Assembly (NCBI GenBank): GCA_014239455.1
Contig: JAAZYV010000028.1
Coordinates: 40,074-104,073, forward strand
Source of the DNA: Paracoccaceae bacterium
GTDB lineage: Bacteria; Pseudomonadota; Alphaproteobacteria; Rhodobacterales; Rhodobacteraceae
DNA length: 64,000 nt
Direction: 5' to 3'
Part shown: positions 51,291 through 61,277 of the stretch, piece by piece
How positions within the stretch are numbered: position 1 is the first letter of the stretch
Layout of the letters: each line of letters starts with the position of its first letter
Notes under the pieces: generated by a model
The model's input: the letters and a program-made list of their open reading frames with translations, nothing else
What the model was told of the DNA's origin: nothing
The model's database searches: none
Translations under genes and position numbers: made by a program

Positions 51291-53015
51291 TCAAAAATCC
51301 TCAGTAAAAATCCCTGGGCTTTGGTATAGCTGATTTGATCCTTGGCAAGATATAGAAGCTTCTACACTTGCAGAAGGTAGAATTTGGTAAATGAAAAACT
51401 CAGCCAACTCTTTCCTTTTTACATCATTTGATACCAATATTGATCTCAGCATATAATTTCCGCCCAACAAAAGTGCAAAAGCACTTAGAAATGACCTCGC
51501 ACCAGAAAATCTCTCATTAAGATCGTGCTGTGAAAGCATCCAATCTAATGCTTTGGTGACATTTTTTCTTGCCATAGAAACGAGTTCAACAAGTTCCGGG
51601 AATCTACCTACTGCCATGTTTTCGTTAATCATGATTTCCTTTATGATGGAGTAAGCTATATTTCCATCTGAACCTAACTTTCTACCTACTAAGTCCATTG
51701 CTTGAATGCCATTTGTACCTTCATAAATAGCTGTTATTCTAACATCCCTGTACAACTGTGAGATTCCAGAAGCTTCTATATAGCCCATGCCACCATGAAC
51801 TTGGATACACAGATCCGTCACTCTACAACCGACATCAGTGCAAAATGCTTTTGCAATAGGTGTTAATAACGAGACTCTTTGGAGAAGGTCGGGATCATTA
51901 TTGGATTTTGCTAAGTCACTCGATATCGCTGTATCAAAACACAATGCTCTGGAAACAAAAGTAAGCGACTTCATGATCAACAAATTACGCCTGACGTCAG
52001 CATGGTTAATGATTGCAGTACTACCATTCTCAAAAAATTTCAAATTTTTGCCCTGCTTTCTTTGCTTGGCATAATCGAAAGCCTTTTGGGTGGCCAATTC
52101 ACTCTGAGAGAGACCCTGAACAGCTACACCCAGGCGAGCATTATTCATCATAGTAAACATTGCTGCCATTCCCTTGTTTTCCTGTCCTATTAACCAAGCC
52201 TTCGCATTATCATATTCAAGTACAGCTGTCGGAGAGCCATGTAGACCCATTTTTTTCTCTAATGAAATTGTTTTCACATTATTTTGAGACATGAGCTCAC
52301 CAGAATCATTTGGAATATATTTCGGTACCAAAAATAAGGAAATTCCTTTCGTACCCTCGGGACTACCTGATAGCCTCGCAAGAACCAAATGACAAATATT
52401 GGAGCTGAGACAATGGTCTCCCCAGCTAATATATATTTTTTGACCAGTTATCCTATAGAGCCCGTCCCCTCCCGGTTTAGCCTTAGAACTTAAAGCCCCA
52501 ACATCAGATCCCGCTTGAGGTTCTGTCAAATTCATTGTTCCAGACCACTCACCAGAATTTAATCTAGGTAAGAAACGTTTCTTAATCTCTTCACTTGCAT
52601 GATTCTCTAAAGCATCAATTTGACCCTGAGTCATTAGAGGATTTAAAGCTAATGACAAACAACCGCTTGATAGTATTTCATTGACACAGGTAGTTAGAAC
52701 CATAGGCAACCCCAAACCCCCATACTTTGGGTGGCCAGAAATCCCTACCCACCCACCTTTTGCTATAGCATCATATGCCTTTGAAAAACTTTGAGGCAAA
52801 ACAACTTTTCCACCTTCAAAACTCGCTGGATATAAATCACCATCCTTATTGATTGGTGAAATAACGTGTTCTGTTAATCTACTAACTTCGTCAAGAATTG
52901 AATCGACTGTTTCATCATCAAAATTTAGATTTGTTCCAGCACCGGATTTATCACAAATACCAAATAAATCTCTAAGGAGAAATTTCATCTCGTCAGTTGG
53001 GGCTAAATATGACAC
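51291..53015 (-). CDS. Long-form acyl-CoA dehydrogenase (AidB/DmdC-like architecture)
   Basis: 574-aa ORF with LTEPQAGSDVG, IYISWGDH, GGMGYIE..ISQLYRDVRITAIYEGTNGIQ and a ~150-aa C-terminal extension. Ends 1 nt before the MBL gene. Confidence 0.9.
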   Translation of the reverse strand: MSYLAPTDEMKFLLRDLFGICDKSGAGTNLNFDDETVDSILDEVSRLTEHVISPINKDGDLYPASFEGGKVVLPQSFSKAYDAIAKGGWVGISGHPKYGGLGLPMVLTTCVNEILSSGCLSLALNPLMTQGQIDALENHASEEIKKRFLPRLNSGEWSGTMNLTEPQAGSDVGALSSKAKPGGDGLYRITGQKIYISWGDHCLSSNICHLVLARLSGSPEGTKGISLFLVPKYIPNDSGELMSQNNVKTISLEKKMGLHGSPTAVLEYDNAKAWLIGQENKGMAAMFTMMNNARLGVAVQGLSQSELATQKAFDYAKQRKQGKNLKFFENGSTAIINHADVRRNLLIMKSLTFVSRALCFDTAISSDLAKSNNDPDLLQRVSLLTPIAKAFCTDVGCRVTDLCIQVHGGMGYIEASGISQLYRDVRITAIYEGTNGIQAMDLVGRKLGSDGNIAYSIIKEIMINENMAVGRFPELVELVSMARKNVTKALDWMLSQHDLNERFSGARSFLSAFALLLGGNYMLRSILVSNDVKRKELAEFFIYQILPSASVEASISCQGSNQLYQSPGIFTEDF

Positions 53016-53106
53016 CTAATTTCCTTCCATGCAAAAATCTAACAATGATTATTTGGTTGATGAAACACTTTAAAGGAATATATTTCTAGAAAAAGGTAAA
53101 AATAAA

Positions 53107-54102
53107 TTGTCCTCCAAAAAAGAACCCCATATCTCGACTGAAATATTACCTAGTAGTAAAGAAGGTCTCTTTAGGGCCGCCCAAATATTAAATAATGGTG
53201 GGCTTGTGGCATTCCCGACAGAAACCGTTTACGGACTAGGAGCTGATGCCACTAATTCTGGTGCGATAGAGAGAATTTATAAAGCTAAGGGGAGACCTCA
53301 CAATAATCCCCTAATTATCCATGCATATGATACTAATGTCGCCAAACATTTTGCAAAAATGGATAAACAAGCTGCGATACTTGCCAAATCTTTTTGGCCT
53401 GGCCCCTTAACTTTAGTATTAAAACAAAATACTAAAGTTAGTATAAGAATATCAGATCGTGCCTTATCAAGGCTACAAACGGTTGCGATAAGAATACCTA
53501 TTCACCCAGTTGCTCGACGGATCCTAAGTCTCTGTAATAATCCTATAGCTGCCCCTTCTGCCAATATTTCTGGAAAATTAAGCACTACTCGATTTGAGGA
53601 TGTTTTAGGCAACATGTTTGGGAAAATTGATGCCATTGTTGATGGAGGACCTTGCCCAATTGGTCTTGAGAGTACCATAGCAAAGATTGAAGATGGCATT
53701 TTCTCTATATTAAGACCTGGAACAATCACTGAGGAAGAAATAGCTTCAAAAATTGGAAAGAAAGGACATACAAGGAAAATTCTTGAAAAGAAAATTACTT
53801 CCCCGGGGCAATTAAAATCTCATTATCGCCCGGAAACCCCTATTCGTCTTAATATTACTGACCCCAGAGATGATGAATTGCTACTAGCTTTCGGCCCGCT
53901 ACCGAATGGCATCAAGGGACTGACCCTATCTGAAATTTCGGATCCTGATGAAGCTGCCATGAACTTGTATAGTGCCTTAGCCGACCTAGATAATTTAGCA
54001 AAGGTAACAAAGTCAACTTCCATAGCAATACATCCCATACCACGACAGGGAGCTGGAATTGCGATTAACGACCGCTTGCAGCGTGCAGCACACAAATCTT
54101 AA
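53107..54102 (+). CDS. L-threonylcarbamoyladenylate synthase (Sua5/YrdC type, with Sua5 C-terminal domain)
   Basis: GGLVAFPTETVYGLGADA, KGRPHNNPLIIH, APSANISGKLS and LRPG blocks; TTG start. Confidence 0.9.
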   Translation: MSSKKEPHISTEILPSSKEGLFRAAQILNNGGLVAFPTETVYGLGADATNSGAIERIYKAKGRPHNNPLIIHAYDTNVAKHFAKMDKQAAILAKSFWPGPLTLVLKQNTKVSIRISDRALSRLQTVAIRIPIHPVARRILSLCNNPIAAPSANISGKLSTTRFEDVLGNMFGKIDAIVDGGPCPIGLESTIAKIEDGIFSILRPGTITEEEIASKIGKKGHTRKILEKKITSPGQLKSHYRPETPIRLNITDPRDDELLLAFGPLPNGIKGLTLSEISDPDEAAMNLYSALADLDNLAKVTKSTSIAIHPIPRQGAGIAINDRLQRAAHKS

Positions 54103-54121
54103 AGGTAACAATCCCAATTGG

Positions 54122-54748
54122 TTAAGCTCTTCCACTTTCATTTACGAAATAAGCATTTTTTACACCTAATGAACCTAGAGAAATTTCATATTTTTCTGAG
54201 AAATTCTCACCAAATATAATTGAAGGATCTGCCTTAGCCACCAACCACGAATCTTCTAGGATCTCCCTCTCCAACTGACCGCCAAACCAGCCAGCATAAC
54301 CCAGAGTAAACAAACGAGAAACAGGGCCATTACCTTTGCATATATCCTCCAAGGCTTTTGTGTCATTTGTTAAATTGTATTGGTCACTTATCTTTATGGT
54401 GGTTCCAGAAAGACAATATTCTGAAGAATGTAAAAGAAAACCTCTTTCAAATTCTACTGGTCCGCCAAATAAAACTGTCTGATTAACTCTTTTCTGGTTA
54501 TCCTTTAATGAAATACCAGTTACAATTTCATGAAAATCTAATTCTTCCATTGGTTTGTTTATTATGAGACCCATGGCGCCTTTTTCATTATGGGAAATCA
54601 TATATATAACTGCTTTATGAAATCTGGGATCTAAAATAGCAGGAGTGGAGACAAGTAAAAAACCTTCATAAAAGCCCTTGACAACTTCTGGGAAAGGATT
54701 TTTTTCTATTTCCTTATCTTGATTTGCATTAGATTTCCTATCAGTCAT
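54122..54748 (-). CDS. YqgE/AlgH family protein (UPF0301)
   Basis: GFLLVSTPAILDPRFHKAVIYMISHNEKGAMGLIINKP...GGPVE...LGYAGWFGGQLE. Confidence 0.88.
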   Translation of the reverse strand: MTDRKSNANQDKEIEKNPFPEVVKGFYEGFLLVSTPAILDPRFHKAVIYMISHNEKGAMGLIINKPMEELDFHEIVTGISLKDNQKRVNQTVLFGGPVEFERGFLLHSSEYCLSGTTIKISDQYNLTNDTKALEDICKGNGPVSRLFTLGYAGWFGGQLEREILEDSWLVAKADPSIIFGENFSEKYEISLGSLGVKNAYFVNESGRA

Positions 54749-54791
54749 AATATGTAGCCCACTGTTCTATATTAAATCAAACATAACAAAA

Positions 54792-55727
54792 ATGAAAAAA
54801 ATATCAAAAATAATATCAACAACATGCTTAGAGAGAATTAAATCAAGCCTAAGACTTATAAAGGTAAAAGCATTTGGATATGTAGTTCTTTCAATCCTTT
54901 CTATGATGCTTTCACTGTGCTTGACCAATCCCATTTGCTATGCATCAGAGACATTTGGACTGTCTGAAAATTCTGAGATTACAAAAAATGAATACTGGGA
55001 CATAAAGTTTTTTAAGGCATGGAGAACTGAAAGTGGTAACTATCAGTATGGTTTATTTATTGACCTTGATGATAATTGGAAAACATACTGGAAACATCCT
55101 GGTAATTCTGGTTTTAAACCAGAGTTTCAAATCCTGAAAAGTAAAAACCTTGCAAAACTTGAAGTGCTCTGGCCAGCACCCAATATCTTTTATGAGAATG
55201 AAACAGAAGTTTATGCATTCAAAAGCAAGCTAATCTTGCCCATATTAATCCATCCTCAAGAAATAAATAATCCTACAGCCTTTGAATTGAAGATAAATCT
55301 GGGTTTTTGTAAGGATATTTGTGTTCCAAAATCATTCCATCTGAAAAGTGAAAATGCCCAAAATGCCTCAAATTTTCAAAATAATGAAATACGAGAATCT
55401 ATTAAAAAAGTTCCTATTAACCTTAATGCCTCAACAAAATATGTTTCCTGTGCAGTGATCAAAGAAGGGAAAAAATTGATACTTATCAGCAAGTTGGATG
55501 AGAAATTCTTTACAAATGAAAAAAAGATAAAGGATGCAATATTTTATTACGAAGATGGTAGCATATGGTTCAATGAAAAAATGCATCACTTGGATGAAAA
55601 AACTCAATTGTTTAGTGCGACCCTACACCATGTGAACAATCAGAATATCTTGCTAGACAGAAGTAAAATCGAGCTAACCTTGTTGACCCAAAATGGTGGA
55701 TTCATTTTGAGTGGTTGCCCGTACTAA
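54792..55727 (+). CDS. Secreted protein with a DsbD/DsbC-N-terminal-like (PF11412-type) domain
   Basis: N-terminal hydrophobic signal/anchor, then DDNWKTYWKHPGNSGFKPEF and GFCKDICVPKS. These resemble the W-x-T-Y-W..PG..G-x-P and C...C-x-P signatures of that domain. Confidence 0.55.
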   Translation: MKKISKIISTTCLERIKSSLRLIKVKAFGYVVLSILSMMLSLCLTNPICYASETFGLSENSEITKNEYWDIKFFKAWRTESGNYQYGLFIDLDDNWKTYWKHPGNSGFKPEFQILKSKNLAKLEVLWPAPNIFYENETEVYAFKSKLILPILIHPQEINNPTAFELKINLGFCKDICVPKSFHLKSENAQNASNFQNNEIRESIKKVPINLNASTKYVSCAVIKEGKKLILISKLDEKFFTNEKKIKDAIFYYEDGSIWFNEKMHHLDEKTQLFSATLHHVNNQNILLDRSKIELTLLTQNGGFILSGCPY

Positions 55728-55732
55728 TTGAT

Positions 55733-58700
55733 TTAGGATAATTTTCGATTACGGAATCGGGAAGGCAAAAGAATAAAGATGCAATAAAATGCGGTCAAAA
55801 TAACTAGCGCCAAGCCTGCAATTAATTTGTAACCAGAGTCGAATCCCAAATTCTCTAAAATAGGATTAGGGTCTATTTCTAAGAAAATATGACATAGAAA
55901 AAATATGTTTAAACCAAGAATTATTGCAACAAAACCAAAAGTTAATCTAAATGAAATGGGTGCTTTTCTGCCAAAAACAATCCTCTTCAATGCCCTAACT
56001 AAAGAAAGACAATCCCTTTGTACTACGACAATGGCAGGCACCAAAAATAGAACAATTACCATTCCAAAACCAAGTCCGTAAACAAGTGTCACAATAGTAG
56101 GTTTAAGAAACTGTGCATCCTTGGAAGTTTCAAAGAGTAAGGGCGTTAAACCTAGGACTGTAGTCAATGTGGTCAATAATACTGGTCGTAACCTATCACA
56201 AATTGCATCTAAAATCGCTGGTTTTAAACCTCTATACCTCGCATATTCATCAATTGTAGAAACTAGAACTATAGAATCATTAATAATAATTCCCGTCATT
56301 CCGATAAGTCCCACGACAGAAAATAGTGACAAATTAATTCCCCAGAAATAATGTCCCCAAAGAGTACCAATTAGGCCAAAGGGAATGATGGACATCACGA
56401 CAATTGGCCGTGCCCAACTCGCAAAAACCCAAGCCAAAGCCAAATAAATTCCTATTAAACATAACATAAACCCTATAAATGCATCGTTAAGAAAATCTTT
56501 TTCTTGCTTGAATAAACCGCTCAAGTAGGTATCCACACCAAATCGAGCTCTGACATCAGGTAAAATATCTAGTTTGATTAAATCAGTTATTTCCTTTGCT
56601 CGATCTGGATCATCTTCAGATATATCACCAGTTACCGTAATTTTTCTTTGCCCATTTTCTCTAGAAATGGATGAGAAGCCATACCTAGAAGTAACCGCCA
56701 CAATATCTGACAGTCTAACATAATTTCCCTCAGGATTTATTACATTTACTCGCTCTAGAAAATCTGATTGAATTTCAGACTCAGGTATTTCTACGACTAC
56801 CTTTGAGGAACGATTGCGAAGGGGAAAGCTTATTGCTTCAATTCCGTTTAGTTGCTGATAAAGTTGCCTCCCTACATTATCAATGTCAAAACCTAAAGCC
56901 GTTCCACGTGGAGTCAGTTCAAGTATGAGTTCATTCTTATCATAGGCTTGTGTATCCTCTAAACCAGAAATTTCGGGAAGACTTATCAATTGGTTTTGGA
57001 AATAAACAGACGCAGCTTTGAGATTTTTCAAGTCAAACCCCAAAAAATCAACGGAAAGACTATCGCTGCCAGGACCTGATCTCCAACTCCTAAAACTCAA
57101 AGTTTCAAGTAAAGGATGCCTTATTATTTCATCCTGGATTTTTCCCAAAACCGCGTATGAAGAATAAGGTCGCAAGTCTGCATCGATAAGTTCTACAGAA
57201 ACGGCTCCCAATTGATCAGGGTCCTTGTTCTTAGCTCCAGAAATTGCTCTTCCCGAATTACCTCCGATTTGACTAATAGAAAAGGTCAAAGGATTTACTC
57301 CATATTCCTTCTTATATTCATCGGACACTTTTTCAATTGCTCGAACCATTTCATCAAGCATTTTTTTTGTATCAGATCTGTTTGCTCCAGGTAACATTGC
57401 TATATTCCCAGTGAATCCACCTGCTTCGGGTGCATCAAAAAATCTCCATTTAATCTTTCCTGATATCATAAGTGTACTACTTAAAACCAATAGTAGGACT
57501 GAAGCACTTAAAATGGGATAGCGAAGCTGGATCACAAAATATGTAAAGGGTCGAAATACTTTTTCCCTAAAAACTCTGAACCCAATGTTAAACTGATCTG
57601 AAGGCCAGTCATACCAGGAATTTTTACTAGCCTTTGCCCTTAAAGCATGGACCATGTGATTAGGTAAAACCAGAAAGCACTCCAATAATGAGGCAAGTAA
57701 AACTACTATCACAGTAAAAGGTATATCAGCTATTAAGCTACCAAATCTTCCTCCAACCGCAACTAACCCTGCAAAAGCTATTATTGTAGTAATGGTGGCA
57801 GTGAAAACTGGTAAGGCCATTCTTGTAGCACCCCTTTCGGCTGCCTCCTCGGGCGTTTCACCAAGCCTTCTTACGCGAAAATCTGCATGCTCTCCAACCA
57901 CTATGGCATCATCTACAACAATGCCCAAACAAATGATCAATGCAAAAAGAGAAATCATATTGAAGGTCAACCCAGATATATACATGAAGGCAATAGCGGC
58001 CAGTAAGGCAGCCGGGATACCTGCTGCTACCCAAAATGCTGTGCGTGCACTCAAAAAGACAAATAGTAGGATCAAAACAAGACCTAAGCCCTGCAAGCCA
58101 TTACTCAGTAAAATCTCCAATCGATTAGAAATTAAGTCTGCTCGGGTCTTTGAGAGTTCGATTTTGATACCTCTGGGAAGGGAGCCCCCATATTCTTCTG
58201 TTATGCTTTCAACCTTCCTTTGAATATCGATGGCATCACTCTCAGCAGATCGATCTACTCTTATTACTATAGCCCTATTTCCATCAGTAAAATACTCCCT
58301 TCTCTGAGATTTATTGTCCAAATAAATCCTGGACAGATCACTTAGTAGAAGCTCTCTCTGAGAACTTGGAAGTCTTATCAAGATATTTCCTATATCTTCA
58401 ATTGTTCTCTTGGAAATACCGGTTCTGACCCGATTAGATGTTCCTACTTCTCCAGTAGGATCAGTATCCACTTCAGCTGCAATTGTAGCTGCCAAGTGAT
58501 TTAATGGAACCTTGTAACGAATTAAATTAACTGAAGGGACAGTCACTCTTATTATTGGTGCACTAACGCCCATGATCTGGGTATTGCTGATCCCATTTCT
58601 GTAGAGTTTTTGGGTAAATTCATCAGCTAACATACCTAACTGTTCAAGTCCTATTGGACCTGAAATTACAACATCTGTCACCCTATCGCGCCAGGAAATT

Positions 58701-59113
58701 CTTTTAATGGTGGGAATTTCAGCGGTTTCTGGCAAATCTTGGACTGAATCCAAAGCCGTTTGCACGTCTTCCTTTGCTTTCAGCATGTCTGTACCAGGCT
58801 TAAAGTCAATATAGATTCTGGCATTTCCTTCGGTTGAGGATGATATGATTTGTTCTACACTATCTATTCCAAGCAACGGCGCTTCTAGAAGAGAGATGAT
58901 GGCATCATCTATGTCTTGAGGACCAGCTCCAAGCCATTTCACACCGATATTTACCTTTTCAATAACAACATCTGGAAAAAATTGGGATCTAATTTTATTC
59001 ATCGCCAGTAGGCCTAAAACTACCATCAGGACTAATATCAAATTAGCTGCAGTATTATGCCTAGCAAAATAACTGATTATTCCCGAAACAAAGGAACCAC
59101 CAAACTGTCTCAT
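55733..59113 (-). CDS. RND family efflux transporter permease (AcrB/AcrD/AcrF superfamily)
   Basis: 1126-aa ORF with a 12-TM, two-large-loop layout and typical blocks (FARHNTAANLILVLMVVLG, LGIVVDDAIVVGE, GIIINDSIVLV). Its start overlaps the adaptor gene's stop (TGATG). Confidence 0.92.
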   Translation of the reverse strand: MRQFGGSFVSGIISYFARHNTAANLILVLMVVLGLLAMNKIRSQFFPDVVIEKVNIGVKWLGAGPQDIDDAIISLLEAPLLGIDSVEQIISSSTEGNARIYIDFKPGTDMLKAKEDVQTALDSVQDLPETAEIPTIKRISWRDRVTDVVISGPIGLEQLGMLADEFTQKLYRNGISNTQIMGVSAPIIRVTVPSVNLIRYKVPLNHLAATIAAEVDTDPTGEVGTSNRVRTGISKRTIEDIGNILIRLPSSQRELLLSDLSRIYLDNKSQRREYFTDGNRAIVIRVDRSAESDAIDIQRKVESITEEYGGSLPRGIKIELSKTRADLISNRLEILLSNGLQGLGLVLILLFVFLSARTAFWVAAGIPAALLAAIAFMYISGLTFNMISLFALIICLGIVVDDAIVVGEHADFRVRRLGETPEEAAERGATRMALPVFTATITTIIAFAGLVAVGGRFGSLIADIPFTVIVVLLASLLECFLVLPNHMVHALRAKASKNSWYDWPSDQFNIGFRVFREKVFRPFTYFVIQLRYPILSASVLLLVLSSTLMISGKIKWRFFDAPEAGGFTGNIAMLPGANRSDTKKMLDEMVRAIEKVSDEYKKEYGVNPLTFSISQIGGNSGRAISGAKNKDPDQLGAVSVELIDADLRPYSSYAVLGKIQDEIIRHPLLETLSFRSWRSGPGSDSLSVDFLGFDLKNLKAASVYFQNQLISLPEISGLEDTQAYDKNELILELTPRGTALGFDIDNVGRQLYQQLNGIEAISFPLRNRSSKVVVEIPESEIQSDFLERVNVINPEGNYVRLSDIVAVTSRYGFSSISRENGQRKITVTGDISEDDPDRAKEITDLIKLDILPDVRARFGVDTYLSGLFKQEKDFLNDAFIGFMLCLIGIYLALAWVFASWARPIVVMSIIPFGLIGTLWGHYFWGINLSLFSVVGLIGMTGIIINDSIVLVSTIDEYARYRGLKPAILDAICDRLRPVLLTTLTTVLGLTPLLFETSKDAQFLKPTIVTLVYGLGFGMVIVLFLVPAIVVVQRDCLSLVRALKRIVFGRKAPISFRLTFGFVAIILGLNIFFLCHIFLEIDPNPILENLGFDSGYKLIAGLALVILTAFYCIFILLPSRFRNRKLS

Positions 59114-60594
59114 CAGTTTCTTTCCATTCCTTTTTCTAACCTGCGCAAAGTTTTTGAACGCATCTTACCACTATTGATTTCTTTTATTAAACGATCCTTC
59201 ACATTTTCAGGCATACGGTCCATAGATTTCAAAAACTCAAGTAACTTATTTATTTTTTTCTGATCTAGTTTTACAACTGTTTCGGCATCGCTTGATTTTG
59301 GGACTTTACCATTCTTAAGATCAGAAGCACGTAAAGGTTTGACCTTAAGTCCTCTACCTAATTGTGGTGAGCGCTGCATCACATATTCAGCTCCTTCAGG
59401 TGCTCCTGACACAATTACTTTTTCTCCTTGCCTGCGAAGGATACTTACATTCACCTCTTGAAGTCTATCCTCGCCAGAAAGGACAAATAGCTTTCCATCT
59501 ATAGTGACTGCTGAAGCTGGTAATATAGAAATATCTCTTAACTCAGGCTCTTCAACTTCGACTAGTAAGAAATCACCGGGTCTTAGTGAATTATAATCAT
59601 TCAACTGCAGGGAAGCAAAAACCTGTCTCCCACTTCCCCCCTCAGGTATTTCAGGACTTACCCGCTCTATTCTACCTTTAAAGGGTAGAATAGAATCGGC
59701 AATTTCTAATTTTGTAACAATTCCTAGTTCTTGCAATTCCCCTTTTTTGTTTATCACTCGAGCGAATTCATTGGCAGAAAGATTAAACTTAACTTCTATG
59801 GCATCAGGGTCAATTAAAATACCTAACCTCTCATTCTTACCCACCAAGCTACCAGGTGAAATATTGGTGGTGGACATAACACCAGAGAATGGGGCTACAT
59901 TTTCCGTTTCTTTAAGATTTCTTTCAGCTTTCTCAATAGCTATCAACCTACGTTTTAAATGTATTTCCAGCTTATTTATATTGATCTTTGACTTTTCAAC
60001 TAGGTTTTGTTTATTAATTACTTGTTGTTCCGAGGAGGAATAGGCCAGCTCACTATTTTCAACAACACTACTCGTAGTTAATCCCGATTTCGCCAGCTCC
60101 AGCTGTCTATCTCGGATTTTTCTCCTTAAACTAAGTTGATCACTTGCTGCTTCCTGATCTCTAAGTGATAGGTTTAGCTGGGATCTTGCTTCTTTCAACT
60201 GTGCGTTCGTATCTTCCAAATCTATTTCTGCCACTTCAAGAGTATTCATAAAGTCTTTTTGATCCAACCTGAATAGTACTTCTCCCTCAGTTACAAATCC
60301 TCCTTCGACAAATTTGTCTGACACGTAGTCCAACCTACCTGCTTCCATGGAGCGTATTTCTAGAGTTCGTTTTGATATAGCTTCTCCGTATGAGAATATT
60401 TTCGGGATAGTAGATTTAAGCTCAACTTTTGCCACATTGACTGCAAAAACTCTCTCTTTCTGGTAACGTTTTTTCTCTGGCTTCTCAGACCTTGTCTTAA
60501 TAGCGTCAAATAAATAAAAACCAGCAAAAAAAAGCACCCCAGATGTAAGGCTAAAAATTAATAAACCTATGAAACTCCTGAATAAAAATCTCAT
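59113..60594 (-). CDS. Efflux RND periplasmic adaptor subunit (HlyD/MFP family) with a basic C-terminal extension
   Basis: N-terminal TM anchor, a coiled-coil hairpin region (LEVAEIDLEDTNAQLKEARSQL...), beta-barrel blocks, and a ~70-aa Lys/Arg-rich tail. Confidence 0.85.
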   Translation of the reverse strand: MRFLFRSFIGLLIFSLTSGVLFFAGFYLFDAIKTRSEKPEKKRYQKERVFAVNVAKVELKSTIPKIFSYGEAISKRTLEIRSMEAGRLDYVSDKFVEGGFVTEGEVLFRLDQKDFMNTLEVAEIDLEDTNAQLKEARSQLNLSLRDQEAASDQLSLRRKIRDRQLELAKSGLTTSSVVENSELAYSSSEQQVINKQNLVEKSKININKLEIHLKRRLIAIEKAERNLKETENVAPFSGVMSTTNISPGSLVGKNERLGILIDPDAIEVKFNLSANEFARVINKKGELQELGIVTKLEIADSILPFKGRIERVSPEIPEGGSGRQVFASLQLNDYNSLRPGDFLLVEVEEPELRDISILPASAVTIDGKLFVLSGEDRLQEVNVSILRRQGEKVIVSGAPEGAEYVMQRSPQLGRGLKVKPLRASDLKNGKVPKSSDAETVVKLDQKKINKLLEFLKSMDRMPENVKDRLIKEINSGKMRSKTLRRLEKGMERN

Positions 60595-60719
60595 TTCATC
60601 CCTGCACTAATTGAATTATTAACATTTGGGGTAAGACTCCAACTTAAATAGAAATTTTTGTTTGAAATCAAGTGTTATCTACTCATCAGAGTACAGCAGA
60701 TCAAAAACTTAGAATAAAG

Positions 60720-61277
60720 TCACCCTTTTCCCCGACGTTTTTTTTCCTCTAATCTTGGTAAAATTTCTACAAAGTTACATGGTAAGTTCCGATAATCAAA
60801 TTGTTTCCTCAGAATGTGACTCCAAGCATCTTTGCATGCCGATGGTGATCCAGGTAAAGCAAAAAGAAATGTACCACCAGCCACACCAGCACAAGCCCTA
60901 CTCTGAATCGCTGACATTCCTATTTTTTGCATAGACACAGTAGCAAAGAGGACTTCAAAAGCATTTATTCTTTTTTCATACAACTCTGTATGAGCCTCAA
61001 CAGTGACATCTCGTCCCGTAAGGCCCGTTCCACCTGTAGTCAATATGACATCAATTGCGCTTATTGTAATCCACTGTTTCAAAAGATTTTGAATTTCCAC
61101 TTTATCATCCTGTACTATTCCTCTTTCGATTAATCTATGACCTGCTTCAAGCACTTTTTGTTCTAATAATGCACCAGATTTATCAGAAGACAGGTCCCTA
61201 GTGTCAGATACAGCCAATATCCCAAATCCAATGGGGATAAATTCTCGTTCTTTTTTCAAGTCACTGACTCTCCTCAT
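60720..61277 (-). CDS. moaB: Molybdenum cofactor biosynthesis protein B (MoaB/MogA-type MoCF domain)
   Basis: ILTTGGTGLTGRDVT and LPGSPSAC blocks. Confidence 0.83.
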   Translation of the reverse strand: MRRVSDLKKEREFIPIGFGILAVSDTRDLSSDKSGALLEQKVLEAGHRLIERGIVQDDKVEIQNLLKQWITISAIDVILTTGGTGLTGRDVTVEAHTELYEKRINAFEVLFATVSMQKIGMSAIQSRACAGVAGGTFLFALPGSPSACKDAWSHILRKQFDYRNLPCNFVEILPRLEEKKRRGKG

